14,692 bases of DNA from a bacterium (GTDB taxonomy: Bacteria > Arandabacterota > Arandabacteria > Arandabacterales > JALGWA01). Positions 1 to 5,153 of the stretch are shown here, piece after piece. The notes below the pieces were generated by a model. The model ran no database searches, was not told the DNA's origin, and saw nothing but the letters and a program-made list of their open reading frames with translations. The stretch lies in contig JASFEA010000082.1 of NCBI GenBank assembly GCA_050125095.1, positions 1-14,692 on the forward strand, read 5' to 3'. Made by a program: the position numbers and the translations under genes. Position 1 is the stretch's first letter; every line of letters starts with the position of its first letter.

Positions 1-8
1 TCAGCCAT
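1..8 (-). CDS. 5' end of an unidentified gene running off the left edge (ATG GCT GA...)
   Basis: The minus strand reads GGAGG-taatac-ATG (SD 15-19, ATG 8-6), with a well-spaced promoter just upstream. The product cannot be identified. Confidence 0.65.
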
Positions 9-45
9 GTATTACCTCCGTTGACGAAGTGTTGTTATCTCCCGA

Positions 46-74
46 ATTGTAAAGGTTGGGGGCGACTAAATCAA
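46..74 (-). promoter_or_regulatory. Putative sigma70-type promoter for the gene starting at 8
   Basis: TTGATT (74-69), 17-nt spacer, TACAAT (51-46). Confidence 0.6.
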
Positions 75-158
75 TGGGCCGAAATCCTGCAGGCGCCGGC
101 GCCCATTTCAATATCGGGCGGCCGGGCACAGGTCGGGCGATGTCGCCGTCCGACTGAT

Positions 159-190
159 AAGCGGGGGCGCCCGGGCCGGGCGCCCCGCTT
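159..190 (-). terminator. GC-rich hairpin 30 nt downstream of the protease stop; probable terminator or 3' stabiliser
   Basis: On the plus strand AAGCG(G)GGGCGCCC-gggcc-GGGCGCCCCGCTT gives about 13 bp of stem with one bulge. The U-tract is weak (TTAT on the minus strand). Confidence 0.55.
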
Positions 191-220
191 CTGCTTCCCC
201 GCTATGTCATGCGCTTCCGG

Positions 221-3200
221 TTATCTCATGAGCAGCATCTTCCGGGTAGCGTCGAATGACGTCGTCTGCAGCCGGTAGAAATAAATGCCGCTTGCGACTC
301 TCCTTCCATGCGAGTCTGTGCCGTTCCACTCGACCGTGTAGGTGCCCGGCCCGTGTTGGCCGGTGGCCAGAGTGGCGACCTTTCGGCCCTCGACATTGAA
401 CACGCCGAGCTCTACCTCTTCAGCCCTCGGAAGCCCGAACACGATGCAGGTCTGCGGGGTGAAGGGGTTGGGGCTGTTCTGGCCCAGGAAATGCCTGGAC
501 GGGATTCCGTCCGCGGCAAGGCCTGCGATATCGGGCGGGAACGAGAAGCGCAGGCCCCAGGTATTCAGAATACCTGTGTCGCCGCTCCCGTTGTCGCTCA
601 CCCAGAGCTCCCATTTCCCCAGCGTGCCGACGCCCGCGAAATCGTCTATCGTGCCGGGGCCGTCGGGATCAGTCTCGGCATCGTACCATGTGAGGATGTC
701 GTCGAGCCCGAGGCCGGTGCGGTTATGCAGGCGCACGGTGACGCCGCCCGGCGATTTGAGATCGAGAATGAGGTCGCCTATGTAGGAGTGGGTTAAGTCA
801 ATATAGCAGTCAACCTCGTTGACGCTGGCGTCGACGGGGACGTCTATGAAGAAGCTGATTCCCGCGGGGTCGTAGTCCGGAATCGGCGCAGCAGGGCTCT
901 CGAAGTACTCGAGCACCTTGTAGAGCGTAAAGTTGACATCGGTAACGGCCCCGCCGCCGGTGATTTCAACGACCCGCGTCGAGTCGGCGTAGCCGGACTT
1001 GCTGGCCGTCACATAGTAGGTGCCGTCATGGAGATCGGAGATGCTCCAGTAGCCGCACTCGTCTGTGGTATCGGCATCGCCCGCGCCGTTGTCGACTACG
1101 ACGCCTGAGTGGTCGAGCTCGCCGTAGAGATACACATAACCGCTCATCATGCCCGTAGCCGGCCCCTCCTGTCCGAGCAGAAGGACGACGGAGTTCTCAA
1201 GCAGGGCCCTGCGCCCCTCCGTGTCGGTGACGGCGCCGTAGTTGAAGCAATAGAAGACGACCTGGGCCGACTGCGGATTGGGGGTATCGTCATAGACCAG
1301 AAGACCTCCCTGCCCGGGATAAGAGCTCCAGTCGTAGACGATCTCGTTGCCTGCCGCCGGAATCAGGGCGTCCTGATCGCCGTAGTAGGTGTAGGTCATG
1401 TTCAGGGTCGCGGGCAGGATGTTGGGGTTTGTTGCAATGGGATGCGCGGGCATGGCCAGCGTGAGATTGCCCGATGAGTCATGCTCCCAGTCCACCACCT
1501 TCAATGTGGTATCCGCGAAATTGGGGTAGCCCGGATAGCTCGCGGCGTCATAGCCGATCTCGCCGCCCTCTATTATGAGCTTCCCGCCGCCCGCGACATA
1601 CTGGTTGAGATTCGACCTGTAGGCCGAATTCGAAACTGGCTGGGTGTCATCAGCCGAGCTCCACACTATCACGTCGTAGTTGGGCCAGGTTCCGGGATCA
1701 GTTGCCGCTGAGGTTTCCGTTGCAACGTCATAGCCGATGTCCTCGAGGTCCTGGGCGATCTCGGCCGCGGTCTTGCCGGCCGGCCGGTCTGTCTGCGGGA
1801 CGCCCTGGAAGGCCAGGACTTCGCCCTTGCGGCCCGGCTTGGGATCCGTTGCCTTGGAACCGTTGTCATCGTTGATGACCAGAATATTGCCCTGGGTCGG
1901 GGTCATCGTAAAGTCCACGGTCTCCGCGGCCTCGTCGACCGTGACGTACTCGTTATGGGTCATATAGTGAGAGGCGCGCACTCGGAAGAGGTAGGTGAAG
2001 TAAGGCAGTGGCGACGTCGTATAAGCGCCGCCCATCGTGGAATCCGAGTAGGCGGTCGTGTAAAGCGACATGTCATCAGAGCGGTATATCTCGATGGTCG
2101 CGCTTATCGGCGTTCCTGTGCTGTCCTCCACTACGTCGCCTGAAACCACGCCCGAAGGAGCCGGCGCCATGTCGATGTCATGAGTATTCGCGCCGTAATA
2201 GACCATGTCCGTGGCGAAGTAATCAAGGTAGCCGAACTCGCTGGCGTAGATATCGTAATTGCCGACTGCGATGCTCTCGGGTGACGCGTAGGCGCCGCCT
2301 GCCCCGCTCGTGACGGCGAACACGGGTGACGCGGTAGACGTGTCGGCCCCGGCCGTGTAGACCTCCACGGGCACTCCCACCAGCGGCGTGGATGTGGACA
2401 GGTCCCTCACGACGCCGGCGAGCGTTCCATATACCTCTATTATGGGGAAGACTTGCGTATAGACATTGTAACCCGGATAGGCGAGGGCAACGGTCATGTA
2501 GCCCGTCTCCGACGGCATAACGTCCAGGAATACCGAGTCGGAACCCGACGAAGCCGACGTGTCGACGCCGCCCCCAACGGCGAAAATGTCCAGGCCCATG
2601 TGGCCGGAATAGCCGGTAAGCGTACCGGTGTAATGCGGAGTGAGCGCGCCCGAGAGGCCGACGGCCGGCACCTCTGCGTCCACTCCGGCGCCGGGCAGCG
2701 CGATGCCGCCGGCCACGTAAAGCGCCTCGCTGAAGGCGTCGTAGGGCTGGCCGATCTCGCGGCCGACCACGGACAGGACCTCGCCATAGGGCGCATCGAC
2801 GACTATCACGGCCTCGCCGCTCGCGTCAGTCGTATCCGTGAGCGCCGGGTCCAGTCCCCAGCCGTCGACTGTTATGACGACATCCTCTATGGGCGCGTAT
2901 AACGTGTCGAGCACCGTAATGGTTACCGCCGTGGGCGTTTCAACCTGAATGGTGTCGGGGCCTATCGTGACGATGGCAGGAACGATTACCTGCATGGTTT
3001 CGAAGTGAGGGTCGTAATTGTGCGCCGTGATGGTCATGTCGATATCGCCTACCGCGAGCGGCGGCGGGTCGAGCGTGAGTGCCGCCTCTCCGCCGGCGTC
3101 GGTATAGGCGGTCTCGTAAACATGGCCCGGCATATTGAGACATACCAGCGCGTCCGCCACCGGTCCCTTTGCGTCGTCGACCTGGACGGTGTAGAACGTC

Positions 3201-4999
3201 GCGCCGACCGCCATGACGCCGTCATGGGTCACTGCCATGGGTGCCGGCGTGTCTGTCCAGATGTCTATGGAGGGATCGCCGAAGATGTTGTACATCTCAT
3301 AATAGCGCTGGGTCGAACCCCCGCCGCTGTAGTACTCGTAGAGTCCCCACTTGCCCTGGTCCAGCATGCCGGAGACCCAGGTGAAGCCGTCCGCGAACTG
3401 GGCCTCGAAGACGGCTTTCTCGAGCACGTCATCTTCATCCCAGTAGGAAGTCACCGACGAGCCCCAGAATACTATACCGGCGACGCCGTCCTGGCGCGTC
3501 CATGTCTCTGCGAAGCACTCGGATGTCGTGTACCTCCCCGTATAGCAGGCGTAGCTCTGCACGAAGGGATACATGCCCGCATTTAAGAGCCCCTCGACGT
3601 CGCTCTGGTAGAAGACCGGACCGTCGGCCCAGTACGTCTCCGCGCCATGGCCCGAGTATATGCCCAGAACGCGGCCGTCGTTGAAGGCGTCTCTAACCTG
3701 TTGTGTCGTGGCGTTGTATGTGTGCGAGTATAGCTTGTCGGACGTGAAACCCGCCGGGTCGAGGTAGTTGGAAATCACGTAATTGTGAGTTCCTTCCGTG
3801 ATGGAGTAATTGTCACTTGAGGCCATGAAGACGGCCTTTTTGAGCCACGCGGTGCCGGAGAATGTCCTCCTCTCGTACTCGATGGTCTTGTCGACGAGAT
3901 AGGTGACTTCATCTTCATCGGCCACCGAGAAACGGCCTATTCCAAGATCGGGTATGTAATCGGGGTCGGTCATGGTGGCGTAGTAGAGGTCGGTGGGCGG
4001 GCTGCTCGAGCCGTACCCAGTCCAGTTGGGTATGTCGCCGACGTCGCCGATGAGAAGCACGAAGCTCGGCGGGACGGTCCAGTTCTGCCATGCGTCCTTG
4101 ATATAGGCCTTAATCGCCGTCGTCGTGGCGCCGCCGGGGATGTCCGATGTCGACGTCACCGTAGCCAGATAGCCCTTGCCGGTCTTCCAGTCGGCCAGCG
4201 GCTGGATCTCGTCGGTAAAATCGGGGTCGGAAATGATTAGATAGCCGACCGGCAGCGGCGGCACGGCCTTGACGGTCGGTGCCTGGTAGTTGAGCAACGC
4301 AGAGGCTGCGGACCGCTCGAAAGCAGGCGAGTAGTAACGGTTGATGGTCTCGCGCGTAAGTGCCTCGTCGCCGCCCGTGACCTTTACCCTGAGAACGAGT
4401 CTTTCCAGCGTCTCCAGCCGGCCGTCGGCCGGATAATAACGGGCCGGCGCGACTTCAATCATGGCGAATCTGTGGCCGCGAATCTGGCCTGTCTCCGCGA
4501 CGCGCGCTTCGAAGTACGGGTAAGCCGCGGAAGAGGCGTAGAACTCGTCGGAGTAGTCAAAGCCCGCGGCCTCGCTGGCGCCGGGGAGCTTTTCGACCGG
4601 TTGCTGAACCGGATAGACGCGGGCCGGCGCGTCGAGGTCGCGGAGGGCGTGAGTCGTGACCGACTTCTCGACTATCTCGATTTCGACGGCCGCTCCCTGC
4701 GGGATTTCGACCGCCCGCCTCAAAACGGGCAGCTCGGCCCTTCCTATTTCAATTGTCTGTCCGCAACCCTCGATCTGGATTCGCGAGAAGCGGCCTTGCC
4801 CGGTCTCGATTTCGCCAAGGCCGAAGCCGGGTATGGCGATCTCGATCAGGACCCCGTCGAGCCCTCCTGATACAATTCGCGCGGTGAGTTCCGCCTGATC
4901 CGCTCCCTGGGTGGCGGGAATATACCTCTGGTCCGCCGCTCCGGCGGGCAGAATGAGAAGCAACATCATGAGAACGGAAAATAGCAGTGCCTTCCTCAC
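221..4999 (-). CDS. Secreted gingipain-like C25 cysteine peptidase: signal peptide, C25 propeptide, catalytic domain, Ig-like and carboxypeptidase-regulatory-like repeats, Rossmann/GATase-like domain, proprotein-convertase P-domain, T9SS/FlgD-like C-terminal domain (1592 aa)
   Basis: C25 motifs YLIIS...LADWKTGKG, FVLLIGDVGDIP, TDLYY, IPDLGIGRF, IYSGHG (His at 3647-3649), SYACYTG (Cys at 3545-3547) and YNIFGDPS. The C-terminus reads QNSPNPF...WNG.D..G..VASGIYFYRL...RKMLLMR. I moved the start from the track's ATG 5089 to GTG 4999 because it has a GGGAGG SD (5006-5011), opens a clean signal peptide (MRKALLFSVLMMLLLILPAGA), and ATG 5089 overlaps the -10 box. Confidence 0.92.
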   Translation of the reverse strand: MRKALLFSVLMMLLLILPAGAADQRYIPATQGADQAELTARIVSGGLDGVLIEIAIPGFGLGEIETGQGRFSRIQIEGCGQTIEIGRAELPVLRRAVEIPQGAAVEIEIVEKSVTTHALRDLDAPARVYPVQQPVEKLPGASEAAGFDYSDEFYASSAAYPYFEARVAETGQIRGHRFAMIEVAPARYYPADGRLETLERLVLRVKVTGGDEALTRETINRYYSPAFERSAASALLNYQAPTVKAVPPLPVGYLIISDPDFTDEIQPLADWKTGKGYLATVTSTSDIPGGATTTAIKAYIKDAWQNWTVPPSFVLLIGDVGDIPNWTGYGSSSPPTDLYYATMTDPDYIPDLGIGRFSVADEDEVTYLVDKTIEYERRTFSGTAWLKKAVFMASSDNYSITEGTHNYVISNYLDPAGFTSDKLYSHTYNATTQQVRDAFNDGRVLGIYSGHGAETYWADGPVFYQSDVEGLLNAGMYPFVQSYACYTGRYTTSECFAETWTRQDGVAGIVFWGSSVTSYWDEDDVLEKAVFEAQFADGFTWVSGMLDQGKWGLYEYYSGGGSTQRYYEMYNIFGDPSIDIWTDTPAPMAVTHDGVMAVGATFYTVQVDDAKGPVADALVCLNMPGHVYETAYTDAGGEAALTLDPPPLAVGDIDMTITAHNYDPHFETMQVIVPAIVTIGPDTIQVETPTAVTITVLDTLYAPIEDVVITVDGWGLDPALTDTTDASGEAVIVVDAPYGEVLSVVGREIGQPYDAFSEALYVAGGIALPGAGVDAEVPAVGLSGALTPHYTGTLTGYSGHMGLDIFAVGGGVDTSASSGSDSVFLDVMPSETGYMTVALAYPGYNVYTQVFPIIEVYGTLAGVVRDLSTSTPLVGVPVEVYTAGADTSTASPVFAVTSGAGGAYASPESIAVGNYDIYASEFGYLDYFATDMVYYGANTHDIDMAPAPSGVVSGDVVEDSTGTPISATIEIYRSDDMSLYTTAYSDSTMGGAYTTSPLPYFTYLFRVRASHYMTHNEYVTVDEAAETVDFTMTPTQGNILVINDDNGSKATDPKPGRKGEVLAFQGVPQTDRPAGKTAAEIAQDLEDIGYDVATETSAATDPGTWPNYDVIVWSSADDTQPVSNSAYRSNLNQYVAGGGKLIIEGGEIGYDAASYPGYPNFADTTLKVVDWEHDSSGNLTLAMPAHPIATNPNILPATLNMTYTYYGDQDALIPAAGNEIVYDWSSYPGQGGLLVYDDTPNPQSAQVVFYCFNYGAVTDTEGRRALLENSVVLLLGQEGPATGMMSGYVYLYGELDHSGVVVDNGAGDADTTDECGYWSISDLHDGTYYVTASKSGYADSTRVVEITGGGAVTDVNFTLYKVLEYFESPAAPIPDYDPAGISFFIDVPVDASVNEVDCYIDLTHSYIGDLILDLKSPGGVTVRLHNRTGLGLDDILTWYDAETDPDGPGTIDDFAGVGTLGKWELWVSDNGSGDTGILNTWGLRFSFPPDIAGLAADGIPSRHFLGQNSPNPFTPQTCIVFGLPRAEEVELGVFNVEGRKVATLATGQHGPGTYTVEWNGTDSHGRRVASGIYFYRLQTTSFDATRKMLLMR
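922..2428 (-). repeat. Three degenerate carboxypeptidase-regulatory-like beta-sandwich repeats within the protease (about 2165-2428, 1895-2155, 922-1153)
   Basis: Protein-level pattern G..SG.V.D..T..P......T...G.Y......G.Y...AS..GY: GTLAGVVRD...GNYDIYASEFGY, GVVSGDVVED...TYLFRVRASHY, GMMSGYVYL...GTYYVTASKSGY. I saw no DNA-level identity. Boundaries are approximate. Confidence 0.7.
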
Positions 5000-5087
5000 G
5001 TCAAACCTCCCTGTTCGGGGTGAGAGACAATGCGAGGCATGGTCACCTTGTGTCTCCAAGCCCGGGTGCATTGCCGAAGTGCCTGGC

Positions 5088-5116
5088 ATTATAGCATAAC
5101 CATGACGCTAAATCGA
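5088..5116 (-). promoter_or_regulatory. Putative promoter of the C25 protease (extended -10)
   Basis: Perfect TGnTATAAT (TGCTATAAT, 5096-5088), with TCGATT (5116-5111) 17 nt upstream of the hexamer. Confidence 0.7.
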
Positions 5117-5153
5117 GGACTAGTTGCGCCTTCGCGCATCTTATGGGTGGATT

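Noticed and set aside
21..278. 85-aa plus-strand ORF
   Set aside because: TTG start, runs through two hairpins and antisense to a promoter and the protease 3' end.
221..4999. Calling the C25 protein PorU, kgp or rgp
   Set aside because: It has a gingipain-type propeptide and a long accessory tail unlike PorU as I recall it, and orthology to Porphyromonas kgp/rgp cannot be shown here, so no symbol is given.
5000..5089. 30-aa N-terminal extension of the protease in the ORF track
   Set aside because: The ATG overlaps the TATAAT box and has no SD. GTG 4999 has a strong SD and a proper signal peptide.
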